From Hydrurus foetidus (Eukaryota): a stretch of DNA of 62,616 nt. The notes beneath the pieces are model-generated. The model made no database searches. It had not been told where the DNA came from and was given only the letters and a program-made list of their open reading frames with translations. The number at the start of each line of letters is the position of its first letter. Positions within the stretch are counted from its first letter, which is position 1. The stretch is from contig UYFQ01000803.1 of the NCBI GenBank assembly GCA_900617105.1, positions 1 to 62,616 of the forward strand. Reading direction: 5' to 3'. The translations under genes were made by a program, and so were the position numbers. Below, piece after piece: positions 49,091 to 58,517 of this stretch.

Positions 49091-49765
49091 ATGTCCTCCG
49101 TGTCGGTTTCCAGCAAGCCCCGCAGCGCCTCTGAAGCGCCGGCCAAGCGCGCGCCCTCCAAGCGGGCCATGCAAAAAGGGCAACAAACCAAAGCCGCCAT
49201 CATCGAGGCCGCTCTCGGCTTGTCCACGCAAATCGGCCTCGAAGGCCTGAGTATTGGGGTGCTGGCCGAGGTCACGCAGATGAGCAAGTCCGGCGTGTTC
49301 GCCCACTTTGGCTCGCGTGAAGAGCTTCAAATTTCCGTCATCCGCGAATACTTCGGCCGCTTCGAGCAAGAGGTGTTCTACCCCGCGTTGCACGAAGAGC
49401 GCGGCCTGCCCCGCGTGCAGGCGCTGTTTGCCAACTGGATGAAGCGCGTGGCCGTGGAAATCCAGTCGGGCTGCATTTTCATCAGCGGCGCGGTCGAGTT
49501 TGACGACCGGCCCGGCCCGGTGCGCGATGCGCTGGCCACCTCGGTGCAAACCTGGCTCACGGCGCTGTACCGCGCCGTGGTGCTGGCCAAGCAATGCGGC
49601 CATTTGCAAGCCGACGCCGACGAACAGCAGATGGCCTTCGAGATCCATGGCCTGATTCTGGCCCTGCACTACGAAGCCCGTTTTTTGAAAAATCCCGGTT
49701 CTATTGGGCGCGCCAACCAGGGCTTCGCCAACATCCTCGCGCGCTACGGCGCGCTCCCCGCTTAA
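49091..49765 (+). CDS. TetR family regulator of fatty-acid degradation (FadP-like)
   Basis: GLEGLSIGVLAEVTQMSKSGVFAHFGSREELQ, GCIF..AVEFDDRPGPVRD; leads the fad operon. Confidence 0.88.
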   Translation: MSSVSVSSKPRSASEAPAKRAPSKRAMQKGQQTKAAIIEAALGLSTQIGLEGLSIGVLAEVTQMSKSGVFAHFGSREELQISVIREYFGRFEQEVFYPALHEERGLPRVQALFANWMKRVAVEIQSGCIFISGAVEFDDRPGPVRDALATSVQTWLTALYRAVVLAKQCGHLQADADEQQMAFEIHGLILALHYEARFLKNPGSIGRANQGFANILARYGALPA

Positions 49766-49802
49766 CCCCCAAGTTATTTCAGTTACCCCAGGAGAACGCA
49801 CC

Positions 49803-51599
49803 ATGCCAACGTATACCCCCCCTCTGCGCGACATGCAATTTGTGATGCACGAAGTGCTCAAAGTTGTGGATGACCTGAAACAAATCCCCCAGCATGCCGA
49901 CATGGATGCCGACACTATCAACGCGGTGCTGGAAGAAGGCGGCAAGTTCGCCTCCGAAGTCATCTTCCCGTTGAATATTTCGGGTGACTCCGAAGGCTGC
50001 GCTCTGGACACCAAGACCCACGCGGTGACCACACCCAAGGGTTACAAGGAAGCCTACAAGACCTATGTTGCCGGTGGCTGGGCCGCTTTGGGCTGCGACC
50101 CCGTGTTTGGCGGTCAAGGCCTGCCAATCGTTGTGAACGGCCTGTTTTACGAAATGCTCAACAGCGCCAACCAAGCCTGGACCATGTACCCCGGCCTGAC
50201 CCACGGTGCCTACCACGCCCTGCACACCTACGGCACGCCCGAGCAACAGCAGACCTACCTGCACAAGATGACCAGTGGTGAGTGGACCGGCACCATGTGC
50301 CTGACCGAACCCCATTGCGGTACCGACCTGGGCCTGATGCGCACCAAGGCCGAGCCCCAGGCAGATGGCACCTACAAGATCACCGGCAACAAGATCTTCA
50401 TCAGCGCTGGCGAACATGACATGGCCGACAACATCATTCACCTGGTGTTGGCCCGCCTGCCCGATGCGCCTCCCGGCATCAAAGGCGTGAGCCTGTTTGT
50501 GGTGCCCAAATTCAACGTGAACAAAGATGGTTCTTTGGGCTCGCGCAATGGCATCTACTGCGGTGGTCTGGAACACAAGATGGGCATCAAGTCCAACGCG
50601 ACTGCCCAGATCGTGATGGAAGACGCCATCGGTACCATGATCGGCCAGCCCAACAAGGGCATGCAAGGCATGTTCGTGATGATGAACTCCGCCCGCCTGG
50701 GCGTGGGCAACCAGTCCCTGGGCCTGACCGAAGTGGCCTTCCAGAACGCGCTGGCCTACGCCAAGGACCGTATCCAGATGCGCTCGTTGACGGGCGTCAA
50801 GGCCAAAGACAAACCGGCCGATCCGATCATCGTGCACCCCGATGTGCGCAAGATGCTGCTCACTGCCAAGGCCTATGCCGAAGGCGGCCGCATGCTGCAG
50901 GCCTACTGCGCCATGTTGCTGGAAAAAGAGCACGGTCACCCCGATGAAAAAGTGCGCAAGGATTCCGGCGAACTGCTGGCCATGCTGACGCCCATCGCCA
51001 AGGCTTTCCTGACTGACAACGGCCACATTGCGACCAATGCCTGCATGCAAGTGTTTGGCGGCCACGGCTTCATCAAGGAATGGGGCATGGAGCAGTACGT
51101 GCGCGACAACCGCATCAACATGATCTACGAAGGCACTAACACCATCCAGTCGCTGGACCTGCTGGGCCGCAAGATTCTGGGCAACAACGGCGCCACACTG
51201 AAAAAGTTCGGCAAGCTGGTGGGCAAGCTGGTGGAAGAAGAAGGCGTCAACGAGAAGATGGCCGAGTTCATCACCCCCATCGCCATCCTGGGCGAGCAGA
51301 TGACCAAGTTCACGACCGAGATCGGCTTCAAGGGCTTCCAGAACCCTGACGAAGTGGGCGCCGCTGCTGTGGACTACCTGCGCGTGGCGGGCCACTTGGT
51401 GTTTGGCTATTTCTTCGCCCGCATGGCGCAAGTGGCCCTGCGTGAAATCGGAGCCGGCAACACCGACCCCTTCTACGTGGCCAAGCTGCAAACCGCACGC
51501 TTCTACTTTGCCAAGCTGTTCCCCGAGACCGCCACGCTGATGCGCACCGCACGCTCCGGTTCCAAGGTACTGATGGACACCGACGCCGTGTTTGCCTAA
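49803..51599 (+). CDS. Acyl-CoA dehydrogenase
   Basis: MCLTEPHCGTDLG, KIFISAGEHD, EHKMGI, QVFGGHGF, IYEGTNTIQ. Confidence 0.95.
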   Translation: MPTYTPPLRDMQFVMHEVLKVVDDLKQIPQHADMDADTINAVLEEGGKFASEVIFPLNISGDSEGCALDTKTHAVTTPKGYKEAYKTYVAGGWAALGCDPVFGGQGLPIVVNGLFYEMLNSANQAWTMYPGLTHGAYHALHTYGTPEQQQTYLHKMTSGEWTGTMCLTEPHCGTDLGLMRTKAEPQADGTYKITGNKIFISAGEHDMADNIIHLVLARLPDAPPGIKGVSLFVVPKFNVNKDGSLGSRNGIYCGGLEHKMGIKSNATAQIVMEDAIGTMIGQPNKGMQGMFVMMNSARLGVGNQSLGLTEVAFQNALAYAKDRIQMRSLTGVKAKDKPADPIIVHPDVRKMLLTAKAYAEGGRMLQAYCAMLLEKEHGHPDEKVRKDSGELLAMLTPIAKAFLTDNGHIATNACMQVFGGHGFIKEWGMEQYVRDNRINMIYEGTNTIQSLDLLGRKILGNNGATLKKFGKLVGKLVEEEGVNEKMAEFITPIAILGEQMTKFTTEIGFKGFQNPDEVGAAAVDYLRVAGHLVFGYFFARMAQVALREIGAGNTDPFYVAKLQTARFYFAKLFPETATLMRTARSGSKVLMDTDAVFA

Positions 51600-51643
51600 A
51601 CCGCGCCACTGCGCAACCCCGCCCGCAAACCAAGGAAACAACA

Positions 51644-52078
51644 ATGATTCGAACAATAGTGGTGGCAGCCTTGGGTCTGAGTGCTTTATCAGCCATGGCC
51701 CAAATGACGCCCGTGGGGGTGTGGAGAACGATTGATGACAAGGACGGATCGGCCAAGTCCGAGATCCGCATCGTGGAGAACAACGGGGTGATCTCCGGCA
51801 CCATCGACAAGGTGCTGGACCCCAAGGCCAAGCCCGACGAAAAATGCGTCGAATGCAAAGATGACCGCAAGGACCAGCCCATGCTGGGGCTGGAGTTGAT
51901 TCGCGGCTTGAAGAAGGCAGAAGGCAAAGACCTGTGGGAGGGGGGCACCATCGTGGAGCCCGCCACCGGCAAGGTCTACAAGATGACCATGACCCCCATC
52001 GAAGGGGGTAAGAAGATCGAGATGCGTGGCTACATCGGCTTCTTCTACCGCACCCAAATCTGGATTCGCGTCCAGTAA
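51644..52078 (+). CDS. DUF2147 exported protein
   Basis: Signal peptide; PVGVWRTIDD, C..C, W.GG.I..P..GKVY, RGYIG..RTQ.W.R. Confidence 0.85.
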   Translation: MIRTIVVAALGLSALSAMAQMTPVGVWRTIDDKDGSAKSEIRIVENNGVISGTIDKVLDPKAKPDEKCVECKDDRKDQPMLGLELIRGLKKAEGKDLWEGGTIVEPATGKVYKMTMTPIEGGKKIEMRGYIGFFYRTQIWIRVQ

Positions 52079-52096
52079 CCCCTTTCAGGAATTTCT

Positions 52097-54496
52097 ATGT
52101 CCCGCTTCCAAGTGAAAAAAGTCGCCGTGCTCGGCGCAGGCGTGATGGGCGCGCAAATTGCAGCCCACCTCGTCAACGTCAAGGTACCTGTGGTGCTGTT
52201 TGACCTGCCCGCCAAGGAAGGCCCCAAGAACGGCATCGTCACCCGCGCCATCGACAACCTCAAGAAGCTCAAGCCCGCGCCCCTGGGCGTGGCGGAAGAT
52301 GCGGTGTTGATTGGCCAAGCCAACTACGAAGAGCATCTGGAGCAGCTGCGGGATTGCGACCTGATCATTGAAGCCATTGCCGAGCGCATGGACTGGAAGC
52401 TGGACCTCTACAAGAAGATCGCTCCCTTCATTGGCCCCAACACCATCGTGGCGTCCAACACCTCGGGCCTGTCGATCACCAAGCTGTCCGAAGCATTGCC
52501 TGAAGAAATCAAACCGCGCTTCTGCGGCATCCATTTCTTCAACCCCCCGCGCTACATGGCGCTGGTGGAGTTGATCAACACCCCCACCACCCAGGCCTCG
52601 TACCTTGACGCACTGGAAGGCTTTGTGACCAGCAACCTGGGCAAGGGCGTGGTCCGTGCCAAAGACTCCCCGAACTTCATTGCCAACCGCGTCGGCATTG
52701 CCGGCATGCTGGCCACGATGAAGGAAGTGGAAAACTTCGGCCTCACTTTTGATGTGGTCGACGACCTGACCGGCAAGAAGCTGGGTCGCGCATCGTCGGG
52801 CACCTTCCGCACAGCGGACGTGGTGGGCCTGGACACCATGGGCCACGTGATCAAGACGCTGCAAGACACGCTGTCCATCGAGACCGATCCTTTCTACGAA
52901 AGCTTTGCCACCCCAGCGGTGCTGAAGACGCTGCTGGAAATGGGAAACCTGGGCCAGAAGACCAAGGCTGGCTTCTTCAAGAAGGTCGGCCGCGACGTGT
53001 TGCGCTTTGATCTTGATTCCAAAGAGTACGTGCCCGGTGGTGAGAAGGCCGACGAGGTGTACGGCCGCATGCTCAAGAAGCCCGCCGCCGAGCGCCTGAA
53101 ACTGCTGCGCAACGCCGAAGGCAAGCAAGGCCAGTTCCTCTGGGCGATTCTGCGCAACAGCTTCCACTACGCGGCGGTGCACTTGGCATCGATTGCCGAC
53201 AACGCGCGCGATGTGGACTTCTGCATGCGCTGGGGCTTTGGCATGAAGCAGGGCCCGTTCGAGCTCTGGCAAGAAGCCGGCTGGCTCGAAGTGGCGAAGA
53301 TGATCCAGGAAGATATTGATGCTGGCAAGGCGCTGTGCAAAGCACCGCTGCCCGCCTGGGTGTTCGAAGGCCCCGTGGCCGATGCCGGTGGCGTGCACAC
53401 GCCCGCAGGTTCGTGGAATCCAACGGCGGGTACCTTTGTGCCGGTGCGCCATCTGCCCGTGTACGAGCGCCAGCACTTTCCCGAGAGCGTGCTGGGTGCC
53501 AACGCGCCCAAGGCCGAGACTGCGGGCAAGACCGTGTTTGAAGACGAATCCATCCGCCTGTGGACGCTGGACGATGAAGTGCTCATCGCCAGCATCAAGA
53601 CCAAGATGCACGCCATCGGCGGTGGTGTCATCGAAGGCCTGCTGCAAGCGCAAGAGCTGGCCGAGAAGGATTACAAGGGCCTTGTGATCTGGTCGCCCGA
53701 CGACATGTTCTCCGCCGGGGCCGACCTGCAAGGCATGATGCCGGCCTTCATCATGGGCGGAGCCAAGGCCATTGAAGGCGCCGAGGCCGAGCTGCAAAAC
53801 GCCATGCTTAAGTTGCGCTACTCCAATGTGCCCGTGGTCTCCGCCATCCGTGGTTTGGCGCTCGGCGGTGGCTGCGAGCTGGCTGTTTACTCCAGCAAGC
53901 GTGTGGCGGCCATGGAAAGCTACATCGGTCTGGTCGAAGTGGGCGTGGGCCTGGTGCCCGGTGCCGGCGGCCTGACCTACATTGCCCGCCGTGCGGCCGA
54001 GAATATGGCGCTGTCCACCTCCAAGGATGTGCTGCCCTTCCTGACCGAAGGCTTCACCGCCGCGGCCATGGCCAAGGTGGGCACCAGCGCGGTGGAAAGC
54101 CGCAAGCTGGGCTACTTGCTGGACAGCGACATCGTGGTGCCGCACAAGGACGAGTTGCTGTTCGTGGCCATCAACGAAGCCCGTGCCATGTACACCGGCG
54201 GCTACCGCGCGCCGCACCAGCGCAGCTTCCCCGTGGCTGGTCGCAGCGGCATCGCCACCATCCGGGCGCAGCTGGTCAACATGCGTGATGGGGGTTTCAT
54301 CAGCGCGCACGACTTCCACATCGGCCTGTTGATCGCTGAAGTGGTGTGCGGTGGCCAGGTCGACGCGGGCACCCTCGTGACCGAGGAATACCTCATGGCC
54401 ATGGAACGCAAGGCCTTCTGCGGCCTGCTGACGCACCCCAAGACGCAGGAACGCATCATGGGCATGATGTCCACCGGCAAGCCGGTTCGCAACTAG
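52097..54496 (+). CDS. 3-hydroxyacyl-CoA dehydrogenase/enoyl-CoA hydratase (FadN type)
   Basis: GAGVMGAQIA, SNTSGL, HFFNPPRY, C-terminal crotonase FSAGADL/GGGCE. Confidence 0.93.
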   Translation: MSRFQVKKVAVLGAGVMGAQIAAHLVNVKVPVVLFDLPAKEGPKNGIVTRAIDNLKKLKPAPLGVAEDAVLIGQANYEEHLEQLRDCDLIIEAIAERMDWKLDLYKKIAPFIGPNTIVASNTSGLSITKLSEALPEEIKPRFCGIHFFNPPRYMALVELINTPTTQASYLDALEGFVTSNLGKGVVRAKDSPNFIANRVGIAGMLATMKEVENFGLTFDVVDDLTGKKLGRASSGTFRTADVVGLDTMGHVIKTLQDTLSIETDPFYESFATPAVLKTLLEMGNLGQKTKAGFFKKVGRDVLRFDLDSKEYVPGGEKADEVYGRMLKKPAAERLKLLRNAEGKQGQFLWAILRNSFHYAAVHLASIADNARDVDFCMRWGFGMKQGPFELWQEAGWLEVAKMIQEDIDAGKALCKAPLPAWVFEGPVADAGGVHTPAGSWNPTAGTFVPVRHLPVYERQHFPESVLGANAPKAETAGKTVFEDESIRLWTLDDEVLIASIKTKMHAIGGGVIEGLLQAQELAEKDYKGLVIWSPDDMFSAGADLQGMMPAFIMGGAKAIEGAEAELQNAMLKLRYSNVPVVSAIRGLALGGGCELAVYSSKRVAAMESYIGLVEVGVGLVPGAGGLTYIARRAAENMALSTSKDVLPFLTEGFTAAAMAKVGTSAVESRKLGYLLDSDIVVPHKDELLFVAINEARAMYTGGYRAPHQRSFPVAGRSGIATIRAQLVNMRDGGFISAHDFHIGLLIAEVVCGGQVDAGTLVTEEYLMAMERKAFCGLLTHPKTQERIMGMMSTGKPVRN

Positions 54497-54502
54497 AGAA
54501 CC

Positions 54503-54544
54503 TTGGGGTCAGATCACTCGCGTAGCGATGTGCTCTGACCCCAA
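54503..54544. repeat. Intergenic REP-like hairpin
   Basis: TTGGGGTCAGA...TCTGACCCCAA outer stem with inner TCGC-GTA-GCGA; no U tract. Confidence 0.55.
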
Positions 54545-54561
54545 CTGATTGAAAGATTTTT

Positions 54562-55755
54562 ATGAAACAAGTTCAAGACGCTTACATCGTTGCCGCCACG
54601 CGCACGCCCATCGGGCGCTCCGGCCGCGGCTTCTTCCGCAATACCCGCCCCGATGAACTGTTGGTCGCGGCCCTGCGCAGCGCCATGCTGCAAGTCCCCA
54701 CGCTGGACCCCAAGGCGATTGAAGACGCCATCATTGGCTGCTCTTTCCCAGAAGGCGAGCAGGGCATGAATATGGCCCGCGTGGCCGTGGGCCTGGCCTT
54801 TGACCACCCGGTGGGCGGCATCACCGTTAACCGCTTCTGCGCCTCCGGCATCTCGGCCATCCAGATGGCCGCCGACCGCATCCGTGTGGGCGAGGCCGAT
54901 GTGCTGATCGCCGGCGGTGCCGAATCCATGAGCATGGTGCCCATGGGCGGCAACAAGACCTCGTTCAACCCCGCGATCTTCGAGCGCGATGAGAACGTCG
55001 GCATTGCTTACGGCATGGGCTTGACCGCTGAGAAGGTAGCCCGGCAGTGGAAGGTGAGCCGCGAGATGCAGGACGCGTTTGCGCTGGAATCCCACCTGCG
55101 TGCCATCAAGGCACAACAGGCCGGTGAATTCACCAACGAAATCACGCCCATCGACGTGATCGAGCGCACCCCCAACCTGGCGACCGGTGAAGTGTCGACC
55201 CGCAACCGCACCGTGAGCCTGGACGAAGGTCCTCGCCCGGACACCTCACTCGAAGGCCTGGCCAAGCTCAAGCCCGTGTTCGCCGCCCGCGGCAGCGTGA
55301 CCGCTGGCAACAGCTCGCAGACCAGCGATGGCGCGGGTGCGCTGATCCTGGCCAGCGAAAAGGCCATCAAGCAATTTGGCCTGACGCCCTTGGCCCGTTT
55401 TGTGAGCTTTGCCGCACGCGGCGTGCCGCCCGAGATCATGGGCATCGGTCCCATCGAGGCGATCCCCGCTGCGCTGCGCTACGCTGGCCTCAAGCACGAA
55501 GACATCGATTGGATCGAACTGAACGAAGCCTTTGCGGCCCAGTCGCTGGCGGTTATCAACACCCTCGGCCTGGACGCGTCCAAGGTCAACCCCATGGGCG
55601 GCGCCATTGCGCTGGGCCACCCGCTGGGCGCTACCGGCGCCATCCGCGCCGCCACCGTCATCCACGCGTTGCGTCGCCACAACCTGAAGTACGGCATGGT
55701 CACGATGTGCGTGGGCACAGGGCAAGGTGCCGCTGGGATTTTCGAACGCGTTTAA
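54562..55755 (+). CDS. fadA: Acetyl-CoA C-acyltransferase (thiolase)
   Basis: NRFCASG, NEAFAAQ, GGAIALGHPLGATG, MCVGTGQG. Confidence 0.93.
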   Translation: MKQVQDAYIVAATRTPIGRSGRGFFRNTRPDELLVAALRSAMLQVPTLDPKAIEDAIIGCSFPEGEQGMNMARVAVGLAFDHPVGGITVNRFCASGISAIQMAADRIRVGEADVLIAGGAESMSMVPMGGNKTSFNPAIFERDENVGIAYGMGLTAEKVARQWKVSREMQDAFALESHLRAIKAQQAGEFTNEITPIDVIERTPNLATGEVSTRNRTVSLDEGPRPDTSLEGLAKLKPVFAARGSVTAGNSSQTSDGAGALILASEKAIKQFGLTPLARFVSFAARGVPPEIMGIGPIEAIPAALRYAGLKHEDIDWIELNEAFAAQSLAVINTLGLDASKVNPMGGAIALGHPLGATGAIRAATVIHALRRHNLKYGMVTMCVGTGQGAAGIFERV

Positions 55756-55761
55756 CACGCT

Positions 55762-56484
55762 GTGGCCACGCCTTCTTCTGTAACGCACACCCTGCTGGCT
55801 GCCGATGGCACGCCGCTGTCCCTGCGCACCTATGCAGCACAGGGCACGCTGCGTGGCAGCGTTGTCATTGGCGGCGCCATGGGCGTGCGGCAAGACTACT
55901 ACGCGCCCTTGTACCTGCTGGGCCACAGCCTGGGCGCACAGCTGCCAGGGCTGTTGCGCAACGCGCACCAGGTGAGCGGTTTGCTCAGTGTGGCGGCCGG
56001 CAGCGGCTACTGGCGTGAGAACGCGCCCCAGCTCAAGCGCATCGTGCCGTACTTCTGGTTCATCCTGGTGCCGCTGGCCACTCAGCTGTTCGGGTACTTC
56101 CCCGGCAAGCGCCTGCGCAAGGTGGGTGACCTGCCCAAGGGCGTGATCCTGCAGTGGCGCAAGTGGTGCCTGAACCCGCGCTACAGCGTGGGTGCCGAGG
56201 GCGTTGGCGCGCAGCAAAGCTATGCAGACGTGCGGTTTCCGGTGGTGGCGTTGTCCATTACCGACGACGAACTCATGACGCTGCGCGGCACGCACAGCCT
56301 GATTGACCTGTATGCCAATGCACCGCGCGAGGTGCACAGCATCGCACCGGCCGATGTGTCAGTGCGTCGCCTGGGCCACTTTGGCCCGTTCCGCGCCGAA
56401 CACCAGTCGCTGCTGTGGCCGCGCTTGGAGCAGTGGCTCAGCGGCTTTGCCGCCACCCCAACGACGAGCCCTACACCGGTATGA
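55762..56484 (+). CDS. Alpha/beta hydrolase with apparent internal in-frame deletion
   Basis: GHSLG nucleophile, DDE, GHFG present; YYAP joined directly to LYLLGHS. Confidence 0.7.
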   Translation: MATPSSVTHTLLAADGTPLSLRTYAAQGTLRGSVVIGGAMGVRQDYYAPLYLLGHSLGAQLPGLLRNAHQVSGLLSVAAGSGYWRENAPQLKRIVPYFWFILVPLATQLFGYFPGKRLRKVGDLPKGVILQWRKWCLNPRYSVGAEGVGAQQSYADVRFPVVALSITDDELMTLRGTHSLIDLYANAPREVHSIAPADVSVRRLGHFGPFRAEHQSLLWPRLEQWLSGFAATPTTSPTPV

Positions 56485-57287
56485 ATACCCACCCGTTTGA
56501 TGAAGCGGTAGCGCTGAAGCGCCAGCCCGATGGCAGCTGGCTGGGACACACCCACCCGGCCTACGCCAACATGGTGGGCCCGTTTGGCGGTATCACCGCG
56601 GCCCAGGCACTCAGCGCAGTGCTGCGCCACCCAGACCGCCTGGGCGACCCGGTCTCGCTCACCGTGAACTTTTGCGCGGCGGTGGCCGATGGTCACTTTG
56701 TGGTGCAGGCGCGCGCCGTGCGCACTAACCGCTCCACCCAGCACTGGGTGATTGAACTGCAGCAGGATGGCCAAGCCGTCCTCACGGCCACTGCCGTGAC
56801 CGCCGTGCGACGCGAGACTTGGAGCCTGGACGACGAGCCCATGCCCGCCTGCCCAGCGCCCGAAGACGTGCCGCTGCCCGCGGTGCGGGCGCCCATGGCG
56901 TTTGTGCAGCGCTTCGAGTCGCGCCCCATCACCGGTGGCTTGCCCGAGGTGTGGGACGGCAGCGGCGACAGCAGCCTGTCGCAGCTGTGGGTGCGCGACC
57001 AGCCACCGCGCCCGCTGGACTTTGCCTCGCTCGCGTCGATTGCCGACATCTTTTTCCCGCGCGTCTTCATCCGGCGCGCCACGCACGTGCCGGTAGGCAC
57101 GGTGTCCATGACGGTGTATTTCCATGCCAGCACCGAGCAGCTGGCGCAAACCGGCAGTGGTTACCTGCTGGGCCAGGCGAAGGCGCAGGCGTTCCGCAAC
57201 GGCTTCTTCGACCAGAGCAGCCAGCTGTGGAACCAGGCCGGTGTGCTGCTGGTGACCACGCACCAGATCGTCTACTACAAACAGTGA
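56481..57287 (+). CDS. Acyl-CoA thioesterase (TesB-like double hotdog)
   Basis: NMVGPFGG, GTVSMTVYFH, GFFDQ..QLW. Confidence 0.85.
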   Translation: MNTHPFDEAVALKRQPDGSWLGHTHPAYANMVGPFGGITAAQALSAVLRHPDRLGDPVSLTVNFCAAVADGHFVVQARAVRTNRSTQHWVIELQQDGQAVLTATAVTAVRRETWSLDDEPMPACPAPEDVPLPAVRAPMAFVQRFESRPITGGLPEVWDGSGDSSLSQLWVRDQPPRPLDFASLASIADIFFPRVFIRRATHVPVGTVSMTVYFHASTEQLAQTGSGYLLGQAKAQAFRNGFFDQSSQLWNQAGVLLVTTHQIVYYKQ

Positions 57288-57327
57288 TCCAATCACTTAC
57301 TCGTATTCCTTTCCACAGAGACCGACC

Positions 57328-58092
57328 ATGCAAGACATCCTGATCGATACCGCCGAAGGCGTCACCACCATCACCCTGAACCGGGTGGAAAAGAAAAACT
57401 CCTTTACCCAGGCCATGTACGCCACCTGCGCCGACGCGCTGGACGCCGCGCGCGACGACGCAGCCGTTCGCGTGGTGGTGTTCCAGGGCGATGTGACCGT
57501 GTTCAGCGCGGGCAACGACATTGGCGATTTTTTGAGCGCCGCGCCCAAGTCCAACGACGCGCCCGTGTTCCGCTTCCTGCGCGCACTGGCGGCCTTTCCC
57601 AAGCCCGTCGTGGCAGCCGTGTGTGGCCCGGCGGTGGGCATCGGCACCACCATGCTGTTCCACTGCGACCTCGTGTATGCCGGCGACAACGCCGCCTTCT
57701 CCATGCCGTTTGTGAACCTGGGTCTGTGCCCCGAGGCGGCTTCCAGCTTGCTGGTGCCGCAGATGATGGGCTACCACCGCGCGGCCGAAGCGCTGCTGAT
57801 GGGTGAACCTTTCATGGCGGAGGCCGCGCTCGAAGTGGGCCTGGCCAACCGCATAGTGCCGCCCACCGAGGCCAATGGCATCGCCCAGGCGCAAGCGCGC
57901 AAGCTGGCCGCCAAACCCCTGAGCTCGCTGGTGGAGACCAAGCGCCTGCTCAAGAAAGGCCAGATGGCCCAGGTGCTGGAGCGCATTGACGAAGAGGCCC
58001 TCAGCTTCGGCCGCCTGCTGCAAGCACCCGCCGCCAAAGAGGCCTTCTCCGCATTCATGGAAAAACGCAAGCCGGACTTCAGTAAGGCGTAA
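57328..58092 (+). CDS. Enoyl-CoA hydratase/isomerase
   Basis: FSAGNDI, AVGIGTT, LGLCPEAASS. Confidence 0.92.
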   Translation: MQDILIDTAEGVTTITLNRVEKKNSFTQAMYATCADALDAARDDAAVRVVVFQGDVTVFSAGNDIGDFLSAAPKSNDAPVFRFLRALAAFPKPVVAAVCGPAVGIGTTMLFHCDLVYAGDNAAFSMPFVNLGLCPEAASSLLVPQMMGYHRAAEALLMGEPFMAEAALEVGLANRIVPPTEANGIAQAQARKLAAKPLSSLVETKRLLKKGQMAQVLERIDEEALSFGRLLQAPAAKEAFSAFMEKRKPDFSKA

Positions 58093-58094
58093 TA

Positions 58095-58463
58095 GTGATT
58101 TACTTGGCCGTCCTGCTGCTGTTTGTCACGGGTCTTGCGCACTCCTACCTGGGTGAGCGTTACATCTTGGTGCGGCTCTTCAAGCGTGACAACCTGCCAC
58201 CTCTCTTCGGTGGTACAGCCTTTACGGCAGGGACCTTGCGGTTTGCCTGGCACCTGACCACGGTGGCGTGGTGGGGGCTGGGCTATCTGTTGCTGGTGAT
58301 CGCGGGCCCGGGGTTGGACGCGCGCCACGCGCTCCGTGCCATTGCCACACTGGCCCTGATTTCCGGCATCTTTCCCTTGGTCTTCACCAAGGGGCGGCAT
58401 TTGTCCTGGATCGGGTTTTTCTCCGTAGCGGCGTTGTTGTTTGCCGCTGCCAGCCAAACCTGA
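58095..58463 (+). CDS. Small integral membrane hypothetical protein
   Basis: Four hydrophobic segments; HSYLGERYIL and LRFAWHLTT conserved-looking blocks. Confidence 0.65.
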   Translation: MIYLAVLLLFVTGLAHSYLGERYILVRLFKRDNLPPLFGGTAFTAGTLRFAWHLTTVAWWGLGYLLLVIAGPGLDARHALRAIATLALISGIFPLVFTKGRHLSWIGFFSVAALLFAAASQT

Positions 58464-58466
58464 TTT

Positions 58467-58507
58467 TTACCAAGCAAACGATTGCTAAAAATAGTGGGGC
58501 TTGGTAA
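58467..58507. promoter_or_regulatory. Probable operator of the AtuR-like TetR
   Basis: TTACCAAGC..GCTTGGTAA inverted repeat enclosing AGCAAACGATTGCT, directly upstream of the TetR start. Confidence 0.5.
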
Positions 58508-58517
58508 GGTTGGGGGC

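Noticed and set aside
49779..54436. 625-aa and 783-aa minus-strand ORFs
   Set aside because: Antisense shadows of the acyl-CoA dehydrogenase and FadN-type genes
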